A stretch of DNA of 56,967 nt, counting the filler, from Dirinaria sp. TL-2023a (Eukaryota): assembly GCA_051941275.1 (NCBI GenBank). It is 5 parts of 5 records of this genome, joined end to end, with 100 filler letters (N's around TTAATTAATTAA, not from the genome) between each part and the next. Parts side by side here need not be neighbours in the genome. Positions count along the whole stretch, not along the records: positions 1 to 11,329 come from JAVEBF010000853.1; 4 more parts are not named here. The stretch is one strand, 5' to 3'. The position numbers and the translations under genes were made by a program. Shown piece after piece: positions 1 through 11,429 of this stretch. The notes under the pieces are model-generated. The model had not been told where the DNA came from, did not search any database, and was given only the letters and a program-made list of their open reading frames with translations. The first letter of the stretch is position 1. Every line of letters begins with the position of its first letter.

Positions 1-20
1 GTCATGTGCCATAAGGCAAT

Positions 21-100
21 GGGTCTGGGTCTGGGAGTCTGGGTCTGGGAGTCTGGGTCTGGGAGTCTGGGTCTGGGAGTCTGGGTTCTGGGCTCGGGTT
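21..100 (+). repeat. 14-bp minisatellite (TCTGGGTCTGGGAG)n, about 4 perfect copies plus a degenerate tail
   Basis: Tandem copies are directly visible at the contig start. Confidence 0.9.
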
Positions 101-1016
101 TGGCATCCGCGTGGCTTGTAGCAAATTGGGCTGGATGGATGGGATGTGGGAATGTGAAATGATAGTGTGACGCTGGGTTGCATGTTCGGCCCTTATATAT
201 AAATTCCACCACACTTGATATATATAAAAGTTTTCAATTTTTCTGATCCAGAGTTATTCATCCTCATGCTCTTCTTTCTTTCCCTTGCGGTGGTTGATAT
301 GGAATTTCGGAGGATCTGCTTTTACAAAAAATCTTTCCTCCCTTCTTCCCTAAGAAGCAGGAAAGAAAACGCGAAGCGTCACTTTCAACCTCTCTTTTTC
401 TTAAAAAAAAATTGAAAAAAAAGTAGAACGTTATATAGACGAGCATAATTATAAAGCCATGCATCCCTCCCTCCCTCAGAACGTGCCATGTACATATATG
501 TAGCACGCATTAGATAAGAATAAAAGACACAATCCCAATTATCCTCGACCAACAACCAACCAACAGATGGATTATCATACAACAACAGATTTTGACCTTG
601 CAATTGAATATAGAAGTATAAGTAAAGTTACTCAAAGTTTAATCCTGCTCGTAACATGAAAGAAACGGTCGAGGGGGTTGTATATACGAATTTTTGCAAT
701 AAAACCTTCCTCATGTTTAAACCCACCCCACCTTCTCAGCGCCCTGCCTCCTTACCTACCTGGGTACTACAAGGCAGTCCCTCTAGATCCAAGCAAATGC
801 CGAGCTTTAGAGCAGCGGTACGGAATCTTATTCACTTCTGGGTTCTGAGTTCTGCGCAAGCGCCTGCAAGCCGCAATCCTTCACCACCAAAAAAAAAGCA
901 TATATATGGGTATTTCCCCCCTCCCCCCCGGCGTATCTCACATGAAGCGCCATATTTTCGCCAGTGACAAAATCTTTGACCCGCAAAAAAAAGCAAAAAA
1001 TATTTTTAAACGCATG

Positions 1017-3604
1017 TCAGTAGATTTCCTCGTCGAACGGGCAGTCTACACTCTCATGCCCGTCTCGCTCGCACAGAGCGCACCATTTCCCCTCATCCAC
1101 CACTCTGCTCGATTTGCCTGCTACCATACCTGTGTCCATCGGGTTCGGCATGGGAGCTTTTGGAGCCTCCGTTGCTGCTGGTTGGGGGCGACTGGTTTGG
1201 GGGCTTGCAGCTGGGGCAGTGGTAGTCTGGCCATTGTTGCCTATCCCGTTCGGTTGTTGGGGGGAGCTGCTTATTCCTTTCAAGCCTTCGACAACGGCAT
1301 CCCTCCCCGTGCGCTGGTGGCCGTTGGGGGTTGTTTTCTGCTGCTGCTGCTGCGATCCTTTCGAAGGGTTGCTGCCGAACATATTTGTACAGGTGAGGAT
1401 ATCGTGGCCTGGCGCTTCGCAAATCTCGCACCACTGGTTGCTGCCATCTGTGATCTCGGAGTGGGAATCTTCTGGCTCGGAGGTGTTCCCTAATGCCACT
1501 CTTCTCGGGGCGCTGCCCGGCGAAGCTTGATTTTGGTCACCGCACGACTCGCGCGAGCGATCAGAATTGCGAGAGCGGACAGGGGACATTTTCTGCTGCG
1601 AGATTAGATTGGGCTGTTTCTGTGCTTGTCTCAATCGCTTGAGCTCATTTTCCAACTCCTCTTCTCGGTAAGTCTTTGCATCGACGAGATTCTCCAAGTC
1701 TTTGATTTCCCTTTCGAGCTTTTCGCGAGCTTTGCGCTCTTCTGCTAATGCATCGTCATTGGTGCCATTTGCTTGTGCGTGCCCACTGTGTCTTTGCCTG
1801 CTAACACGGCGGCTGCCTCCTTTCGGACTCACTACATCGGGAGCATCACGACTCAGAGAATGAATTATGGCTTTCAGCCCTCGAATTTCGTCATCGCGTT
1901 GCTCCACTTCGCGAGATGAACGTTGAGAGGCGAAGCCACTGTCTTGAAATTTGGCAGCATTCTCTCGCTCGCGCTTCAGCTCCGAGCGGCCCCGTTCAAC
2001 CTCACCTCGGAGGAACTCGACTTCTCCTCTAGCCTCTGCCTCGCCACGTCGTGCGTCTTCTAGACCCTCTTCAAGTTCTTGCACAAGTTCTTCAAGTTGT
2101 TTAAGTTGGGCTGCGACGGTGTCCACGTCATCACCTCGGTCTTGTAAGTCACGGAGCTCTTGGGTCAAATCTTCGACCTTCTTCTCGTAAACCCGTTCGG
2201 TTTCTGTGCTGGCAAGCTCCAATGTGTCGATCGTACTGCGGAAGTCGGCACGGTGAGCGTCAAAATCTGCTGTCAGCGCTGCGATCTTCTCGTTTTTTTC
2301 CCGGAGCAGAGCACGAAGTTGCGCCGCATCTGCTTCGTCATTGATGCTTGAGTGTCGCGAAATACGAGGTCGTCGTTGCGGACTTGGAGGGGGTATTAGA
2401 GAATGTAGCTCAGTGATACTGCTTTCCATCTCGAGAAGACTTGATGCTTGTTCTTTAAGTTGGTTATCGCGTTCTGCAAGCTGAGCACGCAGATCCTGGA
2501 TTTCGTCGTTTAGTGAGCTTTGCCGTGAGCGAGTTCCTTTCAAGAAACCAGTCGGCGTATTGTCTAAGTCATTGTCAAATCTGGAATCAGGTCTGGATAA
2601 ATTCCTCGAGGCAGGCCTAGCATTTCCTGGAGTTTTCGAGGCTGGAGCAGGCGCTTTTGCTGCTTTCTTCGCGGGATCGCCACCTCCTGCTCCTCGTACA
2701 GGGCCGACGCTACTGCCAAACTTGCCCGGTGTGGGACTTGGTGCATAGCGTGGAGTACCTACTCCACCCTTTGAAAACTTTGATGCTCCGAGAGATGGAC
2801 GTCCAGATGGTGTAGCAGCGTTCGCATTCTGGGCTTTGCGCAGAGGAGACTCTGGTCTCGGTAAAGAAGGCCGAGAGCGAGGTTTGAGCGCCGGACTGGC
2901 AACTCTGCCAGGACCTACGGACTGGCTGAACTTCGAAGCCGACGGCGTAGGCGGTGTGACCGCATTGTTCTGTCCTTTCCCCCCTAGACTTAATGCAGCC
3001 AAAGACGGAGTTGTTGGGGTAGGTGGAAAGGAATCGGACGAGAATGAACGTGAGAGCCGCTTGAAGGCTTTGCTAGATGGCAGGAAGATGCCGGCACCAG
3101 GTATGGACGTGGTGAAATATCGTATCCTGGACCAATCGATCAGCGTCGTCCATCCGACTCTCGCAATTCTTAGACAAACCCTTCAACGTCGCCGTTATTC
3201 TTGCCTCTTGCCGCCCACTCCTTGTTCAGCTCGACGCCAGCAAAGACGCCTTTCTTTCCATTGACTTCACCAATGAATTTGACGATGCCATGCATGCCCC
3301 CGGGTACATCCACCGCATCACCAATCTCAAGATCCTTGTTACCAACGGCGTCACCGCTGATCGTCCTGGCCCCTGATGGGGCGGCTCTTTGCATGGTCAT
3401 TGGGGCTGATCCTCCTTCCTCCGCACCGGTTGAGCCGTATCTTTCACTGTTGTCATTTATAGTCGAAGAAATTGTTGTGGGTACTCGGGCCAGCGACGAT
3501 TTGCGTGTTGACGAGCCGAAGGATGATGATGAAGCGGTGTTGACGGCGGAATGGCCCAGGGACGGACGGGCTAAAGAGCGTCGCTGGGGTGTTGACGTTG
3601 CCAT
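1017..3604 (-). CDS. BIK1: CLIP-170/Bik1/Tip1-like microtubule plus-end tracking protein (CAP-Gly, coiled coil, two C-terminal Zn knuckles), 844 aa
   Basis: Exon 1 (3604-3180) has the CAP-Gly motif GVELNKEWAARGKNNGDVEG. The GT-AG intron 3179-3127 joins it in frame to IRYFTTSIPGAGIFLP. A long coiled coil follows, then knuckles WCEICEAPGHDILTC and WCALCERDGHESVDC and the acidic-aromatic tail DEEIY. Confidence 0.9.
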
Positions 3605-4495
3605 CGATTATTGGTGCCTTTCATTTGAAGTGAGCAACGGCCCGCGGCGCGTTTTCCGATTTGACGGCAGTTCCGGTTGCTCATGAAACAGCGCTAAGGT
3701 AGGTAATCGGTAGGTACTTCTACATACCCCGTACATACATACTGTGCATCCGCATCGCCCGGGGTAAAAAGGTTGTTGAAATTACAATCGAGGCTCGACT
3801 AATCTAGGTTTTAAGTAGGGTTTTACTAGGGTTCGTGTCATTGGGTTTATCAACTGCTCACACTACCTAAGGTAAGGTACAGCAAATCGCTCGCTAGACG
3901 TTCAAACTACATGATCCTCAACGAGGCATCCTGAATATCAGCTGATGTAATTACTTACCCAAGAGTCCAATACTATAGGGTTGTAAGGTAGGTACGCTGT
4001 CACAACTCGCATTGATGTTTTCGCACGCCGAAGGGTTTTCACACAAGTTGTACTCGTTGGAGATTTTTTTCAAAATATTGAAGACTTTCCACACTCATCT
4101 TGTTGTTTCTGCACCATGGCGAGTTACTTTTCTCATCATCCTGTCAGCTCCCACCTTCGATTTTAGTAGCTTTTGCTCAATTGGATCTGGTGAATGAATG
4201 AGGTTGCTGCCGTTTTGTGTCGTACCTTCCTCATGGTCGAAACTTCTTGAAGTAAATCTGTGACGTAGGCAGGTTCTCTTGGCTGGTAGCTCTCAGTACA
4301 TACATAAGTCGAGAGAACGAGCCATTTCAATCTCTCGCTCTTCTAGCTGTTCGTTGTTCTCTTTCAATTTCATATCTTAGGTGCTGAGCTTCCTGGTGCC
4401 TAGCTATTCTTTAACGCTCTTGGTCCATATAGTAGCGGCATATTTCACATCATTCAGGTTTCCCAAGCCATTAGCCGCGGGAAAGTTGGAGCACA

Positions 4496-5074
4496 ATGGC
4501 AGCCAGCTTGAGCCAGTCCGTTGACCCACCCCTTGTCTCCCCCTCACCTGTGGGCTATCATATCTCGAATCTACTGTTATTCTTCTCTTATGTCGATTTG
4601 AACGACCTCCAACCGATATCATCTCACCCAATTAGGCAGTATTGGATGACCGATGAGGGCAGAGCAGAAATTGGGCGGACTTTCCCCGATACCCTAGCCG
4701 GGGTCTTGAATTCTGCCATTAGGGTATGGAACAGTTCTCATGACACAGATCGAATTTGCCCAAGCTGCCGTCGCTGGTATAGGGTGGGCGAGCCAGAGCA
4801 ATACTACGAATCTCTCGACAGCTTCTTGAAACGCAATCCTTTAAGCTTCGGTACAGTGAGTCCAGGGCGTGCTATGTATCGAGACGAGCAGGACCGCTCC
4901 GGCATATGCAGTCCAGCCTGCTTCGACGCCATGGAGGAGGATGTCTCGGAAGCAGCTGAGAACTACGGGAAAGGGCTGCAGCGATCGGGCTCATGGCTTT
5001 TGAGAAGGACTACTAGAAGGGAAGCAGAGGACGGGTTAAAGATAATGTGGGAACGCATCAACGCAGCCGGATAA
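4496..5074 (+). CDS. Intronless hypothetical protein, 192 aa, with CxxC...CxxxC putative zinc-binding motif
   Basis: ATG in good context (ACAATGG). Globular-like composition with motifs RICPSCRRWY and SGICSPACF. No named family recognised. Confidence 0.6.
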   Translation: MAASLSQSVDPPLVSPSPVGYHISNLLLFFSYVDLNDLQPISSHPIRQYWMTDEGRAEIGRTFPDTLAGVLNSAIRVWNSSHDTDRICPSCRRWYRVGEPEQYYESLDSFLKRNPLSFGTVSPGRAMYRDEQDRSGICSPACFDAMEEDVSEAAENYGKGLQRSGSWLLRRTTRREAEDGLKIMWERINAAG

Positions 5075-6587
5075 AGCGACCATCCACCATGATCAACATC
5101 CGCCTGGACCAAAAAATACGCTGACCGCATGGAACATGTTTCACTGCATGCCGTCTCCTAACTGCATGTCTTATAGGAAGGCCTAAGATTGCGCGGAATG
5201 TTTGTAGGTATGTATACGAGTGCTCTCTCAATCTATCGAACCTCTAACCAAACCGGACCTCGTGTAGGTTTACCGGAAGACTCATTGGCATCCACAGCGG
5301 ACGTGCGTGTGGGCGACTACACACATGCTGGTAGTAATACCCAGCTGTACCACAATTCTTGCGAAGCCTACCAGAGAGCGCAGACATAGTGCTGCGACAC
5401 GTGTGTACTTATTCCATAGGACCAAAGCTTAATGACTGAATATCATAAATTATGCCAACAAGAATTCAAATTTCCCTCTCTCTCTCTCTACCGTTCTGGC
5501 GCTGAGTAACTCCTTCACAATACTGTTGCATCATTGATATCTGGCTAATTTCAGTCACCCAGCGAGATGCTAATCCCATGGATTAAGGAACCGCAAAGCA
5601 AGTATCAATACAATAAGTTCAATAACCCAGAGACCGAGCTTCAGGTACACGCGGCTAGGCTTTGTGTTATCCCCGTTAGCTGAGGCTAAGGCTATGTTTA
5701 TTTGCACATTTCACAATGGATTGAAACCCCATCAACGCTGATATGCAGAGTTAATCGTCTATCGCACGGTCTAACTTCTGCTCGCTTCTAAAATTGCAGG
5801 AGTAGAGCCACCGCAATAGCTCCTACGAAAGAAAATAATACCCCACATGTAATACTGCTCGTGAGGTTGACATAAGTGATCGCGCCGTTGACATGAGAAA
5901 AAGAGAAGTCAGTCACAAACCTAAACCAAAAGTAGGACTCCTTCGCCTCTAAAGCACTTATTAACTTTGAGCGCAAGGAGGGGATACGTTCAATTCGCAA
6001 GCAGTCCCAGCGCCAACAGCGCAGCCTCCCAGCTATGGTGCCTAGGGTCAATCCATGAGTCGTAGAGCAATCTACTGCAATTATCGGGCTTCTAATGAAG
6101 CAATCGACCAAGTTGATGAATATTGCACCGGGAAACGTGCGTATCAATTGGAGAGTCCTTTCTGATGTCTATGGGCTTGATAAGATCACGGTTTGGGGTT
6201 GAGGGGGAGGGAGGATAGATCGTAGCGGGAAATGGAGATGCTTGATTCAGTTCTGATGTAAAAGGCTGCAGAGATATTAGAAAGTGGCTATCGTTGCAAG
6301 GACACAAGTCGGAATATTCAATAACAGGCATTTCGCCGCAATCGGGCTGTGAGCTTGCTCGCCATAGATGCAATACGAAATGGTTCAAAGCCTCAAAAGG
6401 GGCAGCGAAAGTAGGGAGGCAGGCTAGTCCAATAAGAAGCGCTTTACCCCATGGGGAAATTCACTTACGCGCCTCCGCGCGGAGGCAAGTGTTTCCGCTA
6501 CAACAAAATATACTGTACTCCGTAGGTGCCTTAGCATTACAAACAGCAATACCTTAAGGCTTCATTGAGCTGCATTAAGCGCTGGAC

Positions 6588-8057
6588 ATGCCACCCGAAC
6601 GAAAATACGCTGCTTTGGTAGACCTTGTACGTAAGGAAGAGGCGCAGCCTACAATTTAAGCTCTAGCTGACAGATTTAAGTAGGACGCTGCACCGGAGAT
6701 TTACGAAACACCTGAATTAACGGACGATACCTCGACGCTTCCGGTACCCCATGCCACTCCAGCAAAGCTTCAAACAGCACGCTGATATACTCACTAGGCT
6801 TCAACTAATCTTCGCTCGGAATCACCCGCACCATCATATGATGAGGCTAATGAAGACGAAGCAACCGAAATAAGTAGACGGCACATTAACCCCGATGAAG
6901 CCCGGACGCACTTCTTGTCTAACGATGTGGAGGCAAAGGAAGCTAGACACACTAGCCGAATCTCAAGCAAACGAAGATTCTACAAAGAATCTGACAAAAG
7001 AAGCCGGTTTGATGATCCCGAGTCCGTTGAGAAGGGGCTTCTGAGCCAAGATGACGATGAGAGCCTCGAGAAGAGGCTGGCTAGGCTACGGAGAGAAATA
7101 GCGGAAGTTAAAGCAGAGTCTGAAAGAAGAAATGCAGAGAGCGAGAGCCAAAATTTGCAGAGACAAGATACTAGCACGCACGATATTGACGTCTTGAGCG
7201 AGACTCTGGATAATATTGCCTCTGCGAATCATCCCGATAATTCTGGTGTTGCCAGTAGGCTAGTGCAGCAGGTTAAAGCATCATCAAACGGCCAAACTCA
7301 AGCCCATGATAGCATTGGTCCAGAATCCGACCGTCTGCCCGAAGTGGGTCCAACATACACCCTCAGCTATGCTCCAAAATATCAGGATCGTCATACGCTC
7401 GCCAAAGTTGCTGACTTCGATTCACGACTGACATTGTTGGAAACCTTTCTAGGCATTGACACCATTGCATTGCCCACACAAGGTAGACTTCCGGGCACAG
7501 CTATTCTGCCAACGCTGCAGTCCCTTGATCATCAAATTTCCGTTGTATCAAACTCGTCGGATAATTTTCTCGATTCGACCCGTCAAAAAATAATGCAATT
7601 GGCCCATGATGCGGAGAATCTTACCGAAGCTCGCAAGTCTGCGAAAGCAGCGCTTGAAGCGTTGGGTGACAGCCAAAGCTCGACCGCAAAGCCGTCTGAA
7701 GCAGCGACTCAGGTGCCTCATACGCTTGAAGACCCAGAACAACTGTCTAAAATCAATGCTTTATATGGTACTCTCCCCACTATAGAATCCTTGTCTCCTC
7801 TCCTGCCTCCTTTATTGGATAAATTGAGGTCTTTACGGTCTCTCCACGCAGAAGCTGCAAACGCGAGCCAGAATCTAGCGGAAGTCGAGAGCCGGCAGAA
7901 GGCCATGGCCGAGGATCTGCAGATCTGGCGAGAAGGATTGGAGAAAATTGAAGAGAAGCTCAAGGAGGGTGAGCAAACTATGACTGGGAATATGAGTACA
8001 GTCGAGGGCTGGGTGAAGGAACTTGAGGGGAGAATAGGGGAGGTCGTTCAGTCATAA
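6588..8057 (+). CDS. DCTN2: Dynactin p50 subunit (dynamitin), 452 aa
   Basis: Exons 6588-6626, 6684-6743 and 6798-8057 are joined by GT-AG introns. N-terminus KYAALVDLDAAPEIYETPEL, ESLEKRLARLRREIAEVK and LPPLLDKLRSLRSLH are dynamitin signatures. Confidence 0.9.
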
Positions 8058-8290
8058 TGCACCCATATTGTATCTAATGTCGACTGGGGCCAGCGCTTAA
8101 TCTCGAAGTAGCCTTAGAATAATGCCTAGCAATGTTCCTTACAATTGGCATTCTTTGATGCCGCTCCATCCCGAATATCGTGCTGCGGTTGGAGTCATCG
8201 AATTTGCTCGACAAGCATTTGAGCCCCAAAAATCACCTGCCTAAGGCGAGGTACTTTACCATAAGGTACTCACTGGAAAATACCTAAATA

Positions 8291-8297
8291 TCACGTG
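8291..8297. promoter_or_regulatory. E-box TCACGTG (bHLH Cbf1/SREBP-type site) upstream of COQ6
   Basis: ATCACGTG lies about 250 bp upstream of the COQ6 ATG. The same 8-mer occurs upstream of PAN2 (CACGTG at 27584-27589) and of the Gfo/Idh/MocA gene (37981-37986). Function is inferred from the motif only. Confidence 0.4.
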
Positions 8298-8547
8298 CTC
8301 TAACCTAGGGCTAGAATTAAGGGCTCAGATGATTAAATGAATGTCCCCTCAGGTCTGGCTTTTCTGTCTGAATGTATCCTTTCCAAGCTTGCCTTACTGT
8401 TGAACAGCAGTTAGCAAATGCTTCTCCTGGAAGAAGACTGCGCAAATAAGTTGATCGGTTGAAAAAGCCTCGCGCGCGTGGGATCAAATCCAGGGTTCTC
8501 GGTTCCGGTTGTCGAAGCAGAAGAGGCCATTGAGCGAATCCCTTACC

Positions 8548-10155
8548 ATGAAAACCTCCATTGGCTCAACAGTGAGGCCTCGTTACGTTTGTACTAGGTG
8601 CCTTAGGTCATTAAAGTCAAGAAAGTGTGGATTTGCTACCATTACGAGCTCAAAACCGGATGTATATGATGTTGTCTGCATCGGCGGTGGTCCAGCAGGC
8701 CTCAGTCTCCTCACAGCTCTCCGTAAATGCACTGGCACTCGTCTTCACGATTGACTTCTGATTGATAGAATACGTGCAGGCTCCTCCAAGAGAACATCGC
8801 ATCTTCGCCTTGCGCTTATCGAGTCTCAATCTCTGGCATCCACCCGGAGCTGGTCCCTCCCTCCAACGCAATTTTCCAATCGATCTTCCTCCCTGACACC
8901 CAAATCAAAGTCGTTCCTAACAAGAATTGGCGCCTGGGCTCACATCGATCATGATAGAATACAGCCATATCATCACATGCGCGTCTGGGATGGACTGGCT
9001 ACAGATTCAAGTATCGACTTCTCAACCTCTCCGCCCTCTTCAGATCCCCCAAACCCTATCGCTTACATGGCGGAAAATCAAAACCTTACACGAGCTTTAC
9101 TGTCCCGGTTGGATTCCTCAGAACCGATAGAATTGTTCGAGCAAAGTTCTGTCGCCTCCATTGACCTTGGCCTGACACCAGATACGCAAGGAGCTCTCGA
9201 CCTGTCTTCATACCCCCATATCTTTCTTTCGCCTAGCCGCGCTCCTCTCGCCGCGCGTCTACTCATTGGAGCCGACGGGATAAACAGTCCTGTACGTAAC
9301 TTCGCTCACATACCCACTCGAGGCTGGGACTACGATCGACATGGCCTCGTAGCTACAGTGCGCCTCACACCCCAAGAAGAGAGCAGTTCCCTCGCCTCGA
9401 TTCCTAAGGTTCGGCCCTACGCTACCGCATACCAACGCTTCCTTCCCACCGGCCCTATCGCACTGCTGGCCCTTCCTGGCGATTATGCAACCCTTGTATG
9501 GAGCACAACCTCCGAGCGCGCCGCTCATCTCAAGAGCTTAGCGCCCGAGGACTTTGTAGCTATGGTTAACTCGGCGTTCAGACTCAGCGTAGTAGATATA
9601 GACTACATGTCCACACTGTCTGCCGGGCAAGCTTCTGAATACGAATGGCGCACAGGCTTTACTAAGACCGCCATAGAAGATCAAGCCAGACACCCCCCCC
9701 ATGTAGTCTCCGTGCAGGATGGATCGGTAGCTTCATTCCCCCTCCGCTACCGCCACGCGGACCGGTACGTATCGCAACGAGTTGCGCTCGTTGGTGATGC
9801 AGCCCATACAATCCACCCTCTCGCAGGCCAGGGCCTGAACATGGGTTTGGGGGACGTCGAGGCATTGGTAAAAGCCATCGAATACACAGTCGCGCATGGA
9901 GGTGACATCGGCATTGAAGGGAACCTCGAAGTGTACGAGAGTGAGATGTGGAACAGAAACAACCGGATGCTCGGCGTCGTGGATAAACTGCATAAGCTCT
10001 ATGGCGTTAGTTGGGCGCCTGTGGTAGGTGTGAGGGGGTGCGGACTTGGTATGGTAGATCGCTTCGAAGGTTTGAAAGGGTGGATTATGAGCCAAGCGGG
10101 AGGAGCAGGCTCAAGTACAGGATCTTGGACGAGGACGATCGGAAAGCTGCTCTAA
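8548..10155 (+). CDS. COQ6: Ubiquinone biosynthesis FAD monooxygenase Coq6
   Basis: Arg/Ser-rich presequence and DVVCIGGGPAG. Intron 8723-8779. LLIGADGINS, AYQRFLPTGPIALL and GDAAHTIHPLAGQGLNMGLGDV are UbiH/Coq6 motifs. Confidence 0.93.
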
Positions 10156-10987
10156 GTTCCTCCCATTGCTCGTAGAAGGACTGAAAATGTGGCGAAATAC
10201 TGAGCATTTTTGGGACGAGACAATGTCATTGCGCTCGTGCTAATCCTCCCATCAATGCACCAAGCCATCAGACAAAACGCCGAAGAGAACAGTCATGCCC
10301 GAAGAGGATGATGGAATCTGACTTCCAGTCCATTGCAAACCTTCGCGCTACGATGATGGCACGATGGATCCCGTTCAATATTCCTCACTCTCAGTCCATC
10401 GCACTGAAAGGGCCTGCGCGCAAGTCTGTTGCAGCACAAAAATAAAAAGAAAAAGAAAAGAAAAAGGGAGCGTAACCGCTCCCCACTACTCGTTTCACTT
10501 TATCCATTTCTCCGCTCTGATACAGTGCGAGTCTCAAGGAAAAATAGTTCAACGAAATGACGATGTCCTGATCCATCATGAAAGCGATACTGTCAAGTAG
10601 ACAAGTCTTCAATGTTTAAAAAGGACGCTGGATGAAAAGGAAAAAAAAAAAAAAAAAAAGATATATATAAATTTACATTTCTAAATGTGAGAAACCAAAG
10701 ATTAGAAGCATTGAGAGATGGGAAAAATAGATAGATTATGATCAAACCAAACTTGAACGTTTTGGTTCTGCATACCCGACCTATATCTCGCTACCAAATG
10801 GAGAAAAAAAGGTGGAGTCCACCCAGAAAGCGGGCCGCTGCCGCCCTCGGCCCGAAGAAAGCTCCCCACACACACACAAAGCTCTAGCTAATTCCGGCCC
10901 ACTACGAATCGCTACAGTTGAACATCTCTCCTCGAGGCTCACTCCCTCTCAAACTCAAAGTCTCTCTCTTTCTGTCTCTCAAAAACG

Positions 10988-11329
10988 ATGTCCGCCCCAC
11001 CCTCCAAATCCCTCCAAGACCTAAACGGGCACTGGTCCCTCAACAAACCCCTCTCGACACCCTTATCCCCACTGCTAACCCTGCAAAACATCTCCTGGCT
11101 CCTGCGCAACGCCATCGCCCTGGCCAGCATCACCCTCTCAATCCACCAATACACCTCCCCCCCAACCTCCGACAAAAAACCCACCACGCATATCGATATC
11201 TCGCAAACGGCGACGAGAGGCATCAAGGGCACCATTGAGCGCAGGATCCTCGATTGGACCGAGAGGGAACATAAAGATGGGATTTTTGGCGAGGTGAGGG
11301 GACGCAGTCGGTGGGTGCGGTTGAGGGAT
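10988..11329 (+). CDS. Conserved fungal lipocalin-like protein (often labelled 'LCCL domain-containing'), 3' truncated by the contig end
   Basis: MSAPPSKSLQDLNGHWSLNKPLS...LQNISWLLR...ERRILDWTEREHKDGIFGEVRGRSR. The frame stays open into the N spacer. Confidence 0.7.
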
Positions 11330-11429
11330 NNNNNNNNNNNNNNNNNNNNNNNNNNNNNNNNNNNNNNNNNNNNTTAATTAATTAANNNNNNNNNNNNNNN
11401 NNNNNNNNNNNNNNNNNNNNNNNNNNNNN
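11330..11429. other. Artificial contig-joining spacer (44N-TTAATTAATTAA-44N)
   Basis: Identical 100-nt structure at four positions. The core encodes stop codons in all six frames. Confidence 0.98.

Noticed and set aside
2..214. ORF with PRLPDPD repeats
   Set aside because: It is a translation of the 14-bp minisatellite with no gene-like support.
906..2748. Plus-strand ORFs inside the CLIP-170 gene, and similar antisense ORFs within PAN2, the TACC-like gene and HSP20
   Set aside because: These are shadow ORFs of GC-rich coding sequence with no recognisable domains.
11374..11385. TTAATTAATTAA recurring every ~11.4 kb as a biological repeat or insertion site
   Set aside because: It is always centred in 44+44 N and is a six-frame-stop linker. 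The periodicity comes from length sorting.
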